Below, in pieces: positions 13,021 through 24,430 of a stretch of DNA of 64,000 nucleotides. The notes under the pieces were generated by a model. The model did not search any database. It saw only the letters and a list, made by a program, of their open reading frames with translations, and was not told the DNA's origin. The DNA lies in NCBI GenBank assembly GCA_002269645.1, contig NIVC01002771.1, forward strand, positions 16,587 through 80,586, written 5' to 3'. The stretch comes from Macrostomum lignano. Taxonomy: Eukaryota. Every line of letters begins with the position of its first letter. The stretch's first letter is position 1. Made by a program: the position numbers and the translations under genes.

Positions 13021-13589
13021 CAGCTGCCACAGCCAGGAAGACGGTAGAATCCTCGGAATTTTCCGGCGCAAATCAGCAATTTGCCGGCGCACGGCGCACA
13101 CTTCACTGCGCCGCGCGCATGGGCTCGGCGCATCGGCGCATGGCTCGGTGCATCGGTGCATGGCTCGGCGCATGGCGCACAAGGTACGTCAGTGTACGTG
13201 ACAATATAATAATGATATTGTATATTAAATGTCAATCAATCAATAAAATAAACGATAGTCGATACGATAGTCGTTATTTCCAATGTTGTTTCTATTTCAA
13301 ATTTCATTAATCGACTTAACAAACTTAACAAATTTGCGCCTTTCGCGGCTTTTGTTGCGTCTTTTTGCTTATATTTTGCAAATAGAAGCTATGATTGAAC
13401 TGCTTGAACTTCCATTGGTATTGATTCAATTTAGATACTTAATACTTGATGGTGCTTTTTTAAGTGTATTTTTCTCAGCGCATGGCGCACAAGTAATTTT
13501 TTTTTCTCGGCGCACGCGGCGCACAACAAAAATTTTGATGGATGTTATTCCGGCGCACACGCTGCACCTTCCTGACCATGGGGCAGCTG
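13021..13589. mobile_element. Candidate non-autonomous TIR DNA element with clustered CGGCGCA/TGCGCCG subterminal motifs (CpG intact)
   Basis: Imperfect inverted ends: CAGCTGCCACAGCCAGGAAG versus the reverse complement of the right end, CAGCTGCCCCATGGTCAGGAAG. GGCGCA motifs cluster near both ends around an AT-rich middle. No clear target-site duplication. Confidence 0.45.
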
Positions 13590-14281
13590 TCCACTGGAAA
13601 CGCCCGCACAGTCGTCGCTGGCCGTCTGCGGGAGGCCCGCTGAGTTTTAATTCCTGTTTTTTTACACCCCCTCTAAGCTTTTGTATAGTCTAGGCTAGAA
13701 AGTTGTCATAGTTATAATAATTTTAGGCCTACCATTTTTTCTTTTTATTAGGGCCTAGGCCTATTTCTTTAATTTCATGCACATTTCTAGTTCTAGTAAT
13801 AAACTTTTCACATAATGATCGACTTTACACTGTAGTTATAAAAATTTCTAGATTTCATGGTGCAATTGTCCCATAATCAAACAATGAATAAACTCTTGCT
13901 AGATGCCAATGGTGCATTGGTGCAACAATGCAGACTGGCCTAGGCTGCTTTCTGCCAATGGCAAAACTAGAAATTTGTTGAGAGGGGCAGATTCTAGAGT
14001 GTAAAGCCCTAGGGGGATACAAGGGTGGCTCTATACTTTGGCAAAAATGTGCTTGGTCCCCCTTTTGGCTTTTGATTTTTTTGGGTACAATTACAATTTA
14101 CAAAGTTGTACTTTGTATAGTAGAACTATGTAGTTGTGGCTTTTTAAGCTGCATAAAATGTGTTCAAATTAGGCAATCTTTTACTTTACTGCATTTAATA
14201 ATTTAACCATTTTTTTAATTTCAGAATATTAAGATAGTAGGAGGATAAAGGTAACTGTCTTTAAGTGTTAGGTAAATCAAT

Positions 14282-14550
14282 TAGTTAAGTAATAATAAGC
14301 CACCCAGTATAAGAAGTTGCCAAACTCCTTTCTAGGAAAGAGCTGGCGCCAGAGATACTCGTTGAGATAGATTTCAAACAGAGCTTCAGAAGTGCCATGC
14401 ATCGCCCAGAATTTTGCCTTGACATGGGCCTATGACCAGCAGCTGTGTAGCGTGACATCAATGTTGCATAGCTTGGCTGCTAGCCTTAGATTGGCCTCAG
14501 GCATAATTGTAATGGGTGCAGAGGGCCTTCCAGCCATTAGTAAATTGTTT
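14282..14550 (-). pseudogene. Merlin (IS1595/IS1016-like DDE) transposase C-terminal relic
   Basis: Manual reverse translation gives FTNGWKAL (cf. xTDGWKAY) and ...*AHVKAKFWAMHGTSEALFEIYLNEYLWRQLFPRKEFGNFLYWVAYYY. This matches the W..K.K.RAMHGTS...F..YL.E..WR tail of Merlin transposases. Family assignment is from recalled motifs. Confidence 0.7.
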
Positions 14551-14901
14551 GAAATGAGAAAGAAAAGTAAAAAATTATTAAACATAGACTATTAATGGAT
14601 GTCATAGTAAAGTAAAAGATTGCCTCAAATTAAACATTTGAAAATGCAATTTTGATTAACAAATATTTATTTTTTATGATATGATTTAGAAGTCATATGA
14701 CTTATATTAGGCCAAATAAACTCTATGCTAAAGATGACATGTTGCAAGACCTAAATGAGATAAGAGTTATGATAAGATTCTTGTCTTAGTAATCTTAGGT
14801 TTTTGACAAAAATTAGATAATTCTAATAAGATTAAGATTTTTAATTAAAAAAAATGGTGCCAAAGGAAAAAATTAAAAATCATATAATCCAATATAATCT
14901 A

Positions 14902-16861
14902 TAGTCAGGAAGGTATCCTGTATGCCAGCCACAGTTTAGAACAATCTTTTTGTATCCTATAGTCCATTTTGTTATAGTTAATGCCAGAAATGTCCAGCAT
15001 AATTCTAGACAAAAATTAGCCTTGGCATAAATGCTTGGCATAAAAATTAATAGAAAATTGGATTGGCACAAATGGCTGGCATAAAAACAATTATAGATGA
15101 TATTTTGGCACATTTCCCTGAAAAGCAATAGTATATTGTCATTGACTGTGGTTGATTATGGTCATTATTGACCATAGCTTATTTCAAGTATTTGAATACA
15201 ACAGAGAATTTAAATACCTAAATGGTCAAGTATTTGTAAAAAAGTAAAACAAAGTTTAAAGTAAAAAAATTATGCTGTAACGCAAAAACTTCATTATTAT
15301 CTTTTTAATATTTATATGCTTATAAAGTTTTAATTGTAATATATAAATGGAAACATAAATAAATATTTTTAAAAGAAAATGTTTGTACAAATGGGCTGCA
15401 TCTCGATCCCCCCCTTAGTCTAGGCATTATGCCTAGCATGTGGTACATAAGCCTAGCATAAGTCTGGTGTAAAAATGATGAAATTTCATCATTTTTCCTC
15501 TGGCATAACTCTAAGCATAAAACAGACTATGGTAATTGTATCCCAGAAAAAAATGACCACTTTTTTGGTATATACCAATATATGCTGAATACATTACCTT
15601 ATAACAAAGCTTCAAATTGGTATTTTTTTAACAGTACTACTAGACTAATGATTTTAGGTATTTAATTTCAATTAGATGAAGTTAAAGACTCAAAATAATA
15701 ATTATATTTGTTTAATGTTTTATATAAATAAAGAAAAAAAACAAAAGTTGTAAATTTTTGTTGAAATTTCAAATTGTTACCTTGTAAAGAACACAAAAAA
15801 CTGTTTTATATTAAATAGTTATCAAATTGTACAATTATAATGATGGACAACTATTGTGACTATTATTGATAACATAATTTTTTTTAATTTTGGGTGCATG
15901 TCATACAAAAATATTATAATATAAAATATGTATACCAAAAGCCTAAAATCACTTTTTGTATATCAATACAAATGCAAAATTTCTTGAGTGTGCCTTAAAA
16001 TTTTTTGGTATATATGCCTTCTTTCTGACTAAGGTATGCCAGAATTTTCTAGAGTGCATTAGCCTTTCATAGTTCATTGGCATACATATTTGATGTGCTT
16101 GAATCTTAAAAAGTTGTATTTGGCATAGAAAAAGTGGTTTACAAAGCTATTTAAAGATAGGTGCAAGTATCTTCTAGTTTCTATAATGAAAGGTAAAACA
16201 TTTTGAAGAAAAAGGTAGTGGTTAAGATCTGATGAGAGTACAAATGAAAAAAAAATTATTTGAGTCTAATTGATAGTGCTATTTTATAAAATTTAGGTAC
16301 TAAAACTTTGTGTAATTGCAAGATGTTGTAAAGAGTAATAGAGTAATAGACATGACACTTTTTTATTATAATGTACATGTAAACATCAAGTATAATAACA
16401 AAAGGGTCCATGATTGTCATAACATAAAAAAGGTCCTTTATTGTCATAGTCATATATGCCCAACTTCAAAATTTTACCTGGCTATGTGACTTACTTTTTG
16501 ACCAAAAATGTGACTTATATGAAAAAACCCTAAAGCAAATTTTATGTAATTTTGGATAAATAGAAAGAGTAACTATAACTATATTATTAAGGTTAAATGC
16601 TTCATAATCTAATTAGTATTATGTATATGTATTTTTGGATTAGCATTTTTGCAACTTACCTTGGCCAGACCTTTTGCCACCTGACCAAATTGGCCAGGTT
16701 GGCTGGGTGTTGGGCGTGTATGATCATAGTGCAAAAGAAAGGTTGCATAACTTAGAAATTTTGGTATACATGACAATCACATTTCCAATTGTTAGTGTAC
16801 TTGGCATATACCTAAAATTTTGCCTAAAGAAACTGGCCTACACTGGATACCTTCTTGACAG
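14902..16861. mobile_element. Decayed ~2 kb TIR element related to the 13.0-13.6 kb element
   Basis: Left end TA|TAGTCAGGAAGGTATCCTGT versus right end (reverse complement) TA|CTGTCAAGAAGGTATCCAGT. The interior is rich in TGGCACA/TGGCATA/TGGTGTA/TGGTATA and their complements, which are transition derivatives of CGGCGCA. Confidence 0.5.
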
Positions 16862-17194
16862 TAGAATATTAAAAAAGATAATATATATAAATTTTTTTAA
16901 AATTGATATAAAATTTCTTCATAATCTTTTCTTTTGGCTTTATAAGATTTATTATCACAATATTCTGCAAAAACAATTTTTCATTTTTTAATTTAATAAT
17001 TGCAGTGGTTGCTAGTTAAATTGGTAATAAGCCATTTTGGTGTCAGATTTCATCTAGTTTGTGATAGTCTCAGTTGATTTGTTGACATCATTGTTTGTAT
17101 ATGCAATTATGTATAAAATTATAATTTATAGTTTTGAGTTTAGTTTTTGAATTGAAAGTTATTATTGATATATAGTTTGCTTTGTTTTTCTCCT

Positions 17195-17520
17195 TTCATT
17201 TCTGCCTATGAAATAGTTTAAAAAGCAAATAAAAATGCAATTCTTGTTATCCTGCCATCCTATTCAGCCAAATGTGATAGCTTTCTAAGTCATTGTTAGT
17301 ATAGATTTGCTGCCAATAAATATAGATGTCCTCTGTGCACCAGCAATTGACTTCTTTCAGCTAATCAAGTGCTTTTGATATATTGACATAGATCTACTTG
17401 TCTCTGGTTAGCAAATTGATTAGCAAAGGCTTATAGGTAAAGAAAAGTGAATACAATGCAGTTGCTGGGCAAGAAGGCAAAGGCATCAATTTTCAAATGA
17501 AGTGCTATGTGCCTTTGTCT
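17195..17520 (-). pseudogene. MULE (Mutator-like) transposase relic
   Basis: Manual reverse translation: KIDAFAFLPSNCIVFTFLYL*AFANQ...LCQYIKST*LAERSQ / (frameshift) WCTEDIYIYWQQIYTNNDLESYHIWLNRMAG*QELHFYLL. This matches the MULE pattern ALAFLP...Y.E.TW....W.VY...RTNNDLEG.H.RLN. Confidence 0.75.
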
Positions 17521-19278
17521 TGATTGTATGAAAGTTGAAGACTGAAAGACTCTATTCATACATGCGCAACACTCAACAGTTGGCCAATCCGGCTGACCGA
17601 TTTGGCGGCCAACCAAGGAAGTTGCAAAAATGCCCACTCAAAAAAATGCAAAAGGAGTAGTACTAAATAGCTGACGAGGCATTTTGGCTTAATAAGACAG
17701 TCTTAGTTACTCCTGCCGTTTACCCAAAGTTGCGTTAATTTTGCTTTAGTGTTTTTTACATGTAAGTCGCATTTTTGGCCAAAAACTATGTCGCATTTTT
17801 GTTAAAACTAAGTTGCATGGCTGACTGAATTTTGGAGGTTGAGCACGTATGACAGTCTATGCTATATAGCTTGCATCCAATGGAAGTTCCAGCCCATGGC
17901 ATGCACCTATGGAAACTTTTGCTAGATTGCATTCAATATAGCTTTCTCAAAATATAGTACAAACAAAGTAAATCCAGTAAACAAAGAATTGGTTTTTAAG
18001 ACAATGTGCTTTTTTATTGTTTTCCATAAACTATTTTTGCTCCTTGCTTATTGGAGGCCCCAAAAGGGGCACTAGATTGCTAGTCATGAACTAAGCATGG
18101 CTCTAGATCATCAATATCAATATCGTTTCAATCTTGTTGATCCTGCTGATAGTCACTATGCATATCATGCTATTTTTCAATTAGCCGTATAAGTAAAAAA
18201 GAAGTATCTATAATAGTTAAGTAGATTTAGTAATTTAGAGCTAGCATGTTTATATGCTTATAATATACACAGATAATTACATTAGTTATCATTTTAATAT
18301 TATTTTTGATATTTTGATTAAACCTATACCTATAGGAAGCTAAAGAAATTGTTCATCTATGTTAGAATTTATTTTTTTATAAAACTTGTATGTCAGTATC
18401 TTATGTACCAATTTAAACAAGTATATGGTTTTATATATTCAAAAAAAAATTTCATTTCATTAAATCTTTTTATTGGTTATAAAAAGCTAAAAACAATTTT
18501 TAGTCTAGATTGCATATAATTTTTATAGTATAAATACTCATATTCAAGATAAAAGTTATTGTGCTTTATTTATATTGAATATATTTGTAACAATATTTTG
18601 ATATGAAAGACTTCAACTTAATATATGCCATATTATATAATATATGCAAATTTTGTAAAAAGGCTTTAACTTACTCTAAGTTCTTTTCATGTGTGCTATT
18701 GCTTTTATTGTATTTTTAAATGCCCATTGAAAACAAGGGTTAATCTTGAAAGTAAATGGACAAAAAAACTTTTGGTTCGTTGGTTATTTTACTGCAGTTT
18801 AACTCTCAAAAGGCAAATTTACATTAATTAACTACACACTTTGTAGGCTAATTTTGGTTAACAAACTTGTAAATTTATGTAAATTGACCCTCCATAAATT
18901 AAAGTAATGTTTATTTACCTAAAATCACATTAATTAACCTTCCAGCTATTAGTTAATTAAACCCCAATATTAAACCTTGTTTTCAATGGGTGATTAACAT
19001 AACTAGATAGCCTTTTATAAATAGACATTAGGCTATTGTCTATACTGTCACAATAATACACTTTATCATATATTATTAATTAGTGACTAAAATGAGGGTT
19101 TATTATTTTGATATTGAATATAATACAAAAATTTTTTATTCTTGTAATCTTGTTCCATCTTTAAAATTATTAATAGGATTTTTTAAATAACATTTTTCTT
19201 TCAATCTGCAAGGACTACTTCCAGTAGTATAGCAATTCTAAAGCACATTTTTCGCCAAAAAAATTAAAAATTGATGTC

Positions 19279-19629
19279 ATGCCGCCCAAAGTTGCAAAGA
19301 AAGTCGATTCAAAAAAGGCCGCCCCGGCTAAGAAGAAGGACGCCGGATCCAGCGGCGGCAAGGCCAAGAAGAAGAAGTGGTCCAAGGGAAAAGTTCGCGA
19401 CAAGCTCAACAACATGTGCCTGTTCGACCAGGCCACCTATGACAAGCTGTACAAGGAGGTGCCAGCCTACAAGCTCATTACGCCGTCTGTTGTTAGCGAG
19501 CGGCTGAAAATCCGAGTGAGCCTGGCCAGGGCTGCCCTGCTGGAGCTCGACCGCAAAGGCCTAATCAAGCCGGTCTCTAGGCACCACTCGCAGTTCATCT
19601 ACACTAAAACTACCAAGGCTGAGGCTTGA
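19279..19629 (+). CDS. RPS25: 40S ribosomal protein S25 (eS25), 116 aa, intronless
   Basis: Contains [16 protein letters not shown]...[60 protein letters not shown]. The ORF is intact and AATAAA lies at 19756-19761. Confidence 0.97.
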   Translation: MPPKVAKKVDSKKAAPAKKKDAGSSGGKAKKKKWSKGKVRDKLNNMCLFDQATYDKLYKEVPAYKLITPSVVSERLKIRVSLARAALLELDRKGLIKPVSRHHSQFIYTKTTKAEA

Positions 19630-19928
19630 ACCTGTTAGCCAAGCCAACCAGTAGTTTCAGTCTGATGATGATAGCTGATCGGTGTGGACAGTTGTGTGTG
19701 TGTGTTAACTATGCCAAGTTATTCCACACTATTCTCAATACGCGCGGCTGCTTTAAATAAACACGTGTAGTTGTTGATCGGCAATTTCTTGGCATTGTCT
19801 TCTGGATTAAATTGGCTTGGATGGGCCGGTTTTTATGGTGTTCGGTATTTTTGATGCACTACTTTTGCTTACATCTAGTTTAATGGGAGGTCCTGGCACG
19901 GGTTTTGCTATCACTCCTCGGGTCTTTA

Positions 19929-20545
19929 GGGGTCACTGCCCTCCCTAGATTCTTCAATAGGGGTCACTGCCCTCTGCCCTCCCTAGATTCTTCAATAGGT
20001 CACTGCCATCTCCCTAGATTCTTCAATAGGGGTCACTGCCATCTCCCTAGATTATTCAATAGGGGTCACTGCCATCTCCCTAGATTATTCAATAGGGGTC
20101 ACTGCCATCTCCCTAGATTATTCAATAGGGGTCACTGCCATCTCCCTAGATTATTCAATAGGGGTCACTGCCATCTCCCTAGATTATTCAATAGGGGTCA
20201 CTGCCATCTCCCTAGATTCTTCAATAGGGGTCACTGCCATCTCCCTAGATTATTCAATAGGGGTCACTGCCATCTCCCTAGATTATTCAATAGGGGTCAC
20301 TGCCATCTCCCTAGATTATTCAATAGGGGTCACTGCCATCTCCCTAGATTATTCAATAGGGGTCACTGCCCTCTCCCCAGATTCTTCAATAGGGGTCACT
20401 GCCATCTCCCTAGATTATTCAATAGGGGTCACTGCCATCTCCCTAGATTATTCAATGGGGGGTCACTGCCATCTCCCTAGATTCTTCAATAGGGGTCACT
20501 GCCCTCTCCCCAGATTCTTCAATAGGGGTCACTGCCCTCTCCCGG
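19929..20545. repeat. 33-bp minisatellite (GGGGTCACTGCCATCTCCCTAGATTATTCAATA)
   Basis: About 18 near-identical units; 11-aa periodic ORF. Confidence 0.96.
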
Positions 20546-20709
20546 GTTACAATCCTCTTCCCGAGTGTTTTAACGTAGATCGCTTCTCCCCTAAAGTTGA
20601 ATAAGGTTAGCCTATTAATTCATCTACCGTTCATGCTCGTCAGCCTTCCACAGCTGTGCCTAAAAGTTTAATTGAAAGAATCAACCAAGCAGTCAGTCAG
20701 CTATCAACC

Positions 20710-20970
20710 ATGCAGTCGCTATTCGCCGTCGCCTTCCTAGCCGTTATCTTCGTCGCCGTGCTGCCATCGGGCGTTGATTGCATCACTCTCAATGACGCCC
20801 GGGCTGACCCAGACAGGTACATCCTGTACGACACCACCCAGTTCCACATTGGCATGCACTGCGGCATCTCGCTGGTGATTTGCTACGCCATTCTCTGCGC
20901 TATCTGGCTGACCATTATGGGCGTTATCTACGCCACCGGCGGCAAGAAGATGCGCCGTCAGGCTAGCTAA
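20710..20970 (+). CDS. Small type-I single-pass membrane protein, 86 aa (signal peptide, ~20-aa ectodomain, one TM helix, basic tail)
   Basis: Start context CAACCATG and GC-rich coding-like codons against an AT-rich flank. Sequence: MQSLFAVAFLAVIFVAVLPSGVDC | ITLNDARADPDRYILYDTTQFHIG | MHCGISLVICYAILCAIWLTIMGVIYA | TGGKKMRRQAS. Confidence 0.75.
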   Translation: MQSLFAVAFLAVIFVAVLPSGVDCITLNDARADPDRYILYDTTQFHIGMHCGISLVICYAILCAIWLTIMGVIYATGGKKMRRQAS

Positions 20971-21096
20971 GCTGCTAGCTCATTAACATAATTAATGCTG
21001 AGTTTGACAGCAGTCATTTGCATATAAACTGTATTCATATACAATTTTACTAGGCGTTTGGATATTCTGAAATTCTCTTTACCTATTCTAGTCTAG

Positions 21097-21847
21097 GACT
21101 CAGTAGATTCTGGGACTCTATTAGTAGATTCTGGGACTCACTAGTAGATTCTGGGACTCTATTAGTAGATTATGGGACTCTATTAGTAGATTCTGGGACT
21201 CACTAGTAGATTCTGGGACTCTATTAGTAGATTATGGGACTCACTAGTAGATTCTGGGACTCTATTAGTAGATTCTGGGACTCACTAGTAGATTCTGGGA
21301 CTCTATTAGTAGATTATGGGACTCACTAGTAGATTCTGGGACTCTATTAGTAGATTCTGGGACTCACTAGTAGATTCTGGGACTCTATTAGTAGATTATG
21401 GGACTCTATTAGTAGATTCTGGGTCTCTATTAGTAGATTCTGGGACTCTATTAGTAGATTATGGGACTCTATTAGTAGATTCTGGGACTCTATTAGCAGA
21501 TTCTGGGACTCTATTAGTAGATTCTGGGACTCTATTAGCAGATTCTGGGTCTCTATTAGTAGATTCTGGGACTCTATTAGTAGATTCTGGGACTCTATTA
21601 GTAGATTCTGGGACTCTATTAGTAGATTATGGGACTCTATTAGTAGATTCTGGGTCTCTATTAGTAGATTCTGGGACTCTATTAGTAGATTCTGGGACTC
21701 TATTAGTAGATTCTGGGACTCTATTAGCAGATTCTGGGACTCTATTAGTAGATTCTGGGACTCTATTAGCAGATTCTGGGTCTCTATTAGTAGATTCTGG
21801 GACTCTATTAGTAGATTCTGGGACTCTATTAGCAGATTCTGGGACTA
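21097..21847. repeat. 21-bp minisatellite (CTATTAGTAGATTCTGGGACT)
   Basis: Direct inspection; LLVDSGT periodic ORF. Confidence 0.96.
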
Positions 21848-22705
21848 TTAATAGGTTATAGGACTTATTAGTAAATAAGAAACAGAACTGTTTAAGTATG
21901 CTCAAATAATTCTGTCCCATAACGATAATTTTTAAGTGACAGGTTTTACTTCTGGGTTTTATTTCTAGAGCAGTCCCATTTTTAGTAGTTTTTCCCGTTA
22001 ATATTTGTTTTGCCGGCCCCTTTTTCTACTGCAGTAGAATTTTTTTCAATAATTATATTGTGTCGGGGAGATGCTGGCACCTGTGGCGCGCAATAGTTTT
22101 AAGCATCGTTTTCTTTAAGTCGCTTTTAGACATCTGTGTAAAAATAGCAATACACTGCTTTTAATTTGCCTTCAGTTCTTATTCCCTATTAGGTCAAGCA
22201 ATCGCACCAATTATTCAATTTCTAAGTCACGCTGAGTTCATTTTGAGTGCAATTTCTATACTAATCTGAGTTATACAAAATACAATTTTCTATTGCTTTC
22301 GTCACCTGTTGGCATATTGATTGTGCAATAAATCTTATTTGATTATAATTAGTTTGCACCCACCTTTCCTCATTTAATTTAATCATAGAAGTTTTTTGTT
22401 TACTGTTTTAGGTAATTTATTAGTAAAGCCTACCTTCTGCCTCTGCTATTATCGTTGCTCGCGTAAGCGGCATTCCCTCTTTTTTATTAATCTCTAATAA
22501 TTGACATCCTATTGTTTAGGCTGCGCTCTACTGTAGTAGTCAATTATCTTCATATAATTAATTATACCATAGTTTTCTCTCTGCTTAGCTAGTTTGTACT
22601 CCCAACCAGTTTTGGGTGAAAGTTTTAATCCCGTTTTAATCCGACTTTCATGTTCTTCATTTACAGGCTAACAAATTGTTTTCAAAGTAATTATTTCAAA
22701 ATAAA

Positions 22706-22946
22706 ATGACCCGTTCTCAAACTGAGAATGGCCACCAGTAGCATAATGACCCGTTCTCAAACTGAGAATGGCCACCAGTAGCATAATGACCCGTTCTCAA
22801 ACTGAGAATGACCATCAGTAGCATAATGACCCGTTCTCAAACTGAGAATGACCATCAGTAGCATAATGACCCGTTCTCAAACTGAGAATGACCATCAGTA
22901 GCATAATGACCCGTTCTCAAACTGAGAATGACCATCAGTAGCATAA
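22706..22946. repeat. 6 x 40-bp tandem repeat with an internal hairpin TTCTCA-AAC-TGAGAA
   Basis: Units start at 22706, 22746, 22786, 22826, 22866 and 22906; there are no spacers. Confidence 0.95.
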
Positions 22947-23404
22947 TTATAATTGTTCTTCACTATCTCAAGTGGCTTCAGTCTTGACAGAAGCGCATAT
23001 TCTAATGACTTTGAGCAGGATTCTGCTCCAGTGTCACACCCAGTGGGTTAGGCAGTGACGTACACTGCGAGTTATCGTGCAGCATGCAGCATCTACATTT
23101 AAAGAGTAGTATAGGAGCATGATTGGTGACACAGAGCGGGATCTACTTTCTCATATCTTCCCTGTCAACCCGGCTGAGCTATAAGCTTATTGAAACGCGT
23201 GCAACGCGCGGCTTAGCCTGGGAAGTTGTGCTCACTTTCTCGAGTTACAATAAGACAGAACTGGGCGGGGCGCTCCAGCCAGTGATGATGACTGGTTCGA
23301 CTGACGAAGGGGTGCAGAAAGTGAGCCTAAAAAGCCACACCTTTTTCATACTTTGCCAACTTGACTGTTTGATCACTAAGATCGTTTTAAAGCTACGAGT
23401 ATTC

Positions 23405-24430
23405 CACTCAGTCAGTCTCATTCTATTCCTCATCATCTACTCAGTCAGACTCATTCTATTCCTCATCTTCTACTCAGTCAGTCTCATTCTATTCCTCATC
23501 ATCTACTCAGTCAGACTCATTCTATTCCTCATCTTCTACTCAGCCAGTCTCATTCTATTCCTCATCATCTACTCAGTCAGACTCATTCTATTCCTCATCT
23601 TCTACTCAGCCAGTCTCATCTAGTCTATTCCTCATCTTCTACTCAGCCAGTCTCATCTAGTCTATTCCTCATCTTCTACTCAGCCAGTCTCATCTAGTCT
23701 ATTCCTCATCTTCTACTCAGCCAGTCTCATCTAGTATATTCCTCATCTTCTACTCAGCCAGTCTCATTCTATTCCTCATCTTCTACTCAGCCAGTCTCAT
23801 CTAGTCTATTCCTCATCTTCTACTCAGCCAGTCTCATTCTATTCCTCATCTTCTACTCAGCCAGTCTCATCTAGTCTATTCCTCATCTTCTACTCAGCCA
23901 GTCTCATCTAGTCTATTCCTCATCTTCTACTCAGCCAGTCTCATTCTATTCCTCATCTTCTACTCAGCCAGTCTCATCTAGTCTATTCCTCATCTTCTAC
24001 TCAGCCAGTCTCATTCTATTCCTCATCTTCTACTCAGCCAGTCTCATTCTATTCCTCATCTTCTACTCAGCCAGTCTCATTCTATTCCTCATCTTCTACT
24101 CAGCCAGTCTCATTCTATTCCTCATCTTCTACTCAGCCAGTCTCATTCTATTCCTCATCATCTACTCAGCCAGTCTCATTCTATTCCTCATCATCTACTC
24201 AGCCAGTCTCATTCTATTCCTCATCTTCTACTCAGCCAGTCTCATTCTATTCCTCATCTTCTACTCAGCCAGTCTCATTCTATTCCTCATCTTCTACTCA
24301 GCCAGTCTCATTCTATTCCTCATCTTCTACTCAGCCAGTCTCATTCTATTCCTCATCTTCTACTCAGCCAGTCTCATCTAGTCTATTCCTCATCATCTAC
24401 TCAGCCAGTCTCATTCTATTCCTCATCATC
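23405..24430. repeat. 33/38-bp minisatellite (ACTCAGCCAGTCTCATTCTATTCCTCATCTTCT)
   Basis: Direct inspection; units occur with or without a CTAGT insertion. Confidence 0.95.

Noticed and set aside
22706-22946. Palindromic 40-bp repeats resembling a CRISPR array
   Set aside because: Units are directly adjacent with no unique spacers, there are no cas genes, and the context is eukaryotic.
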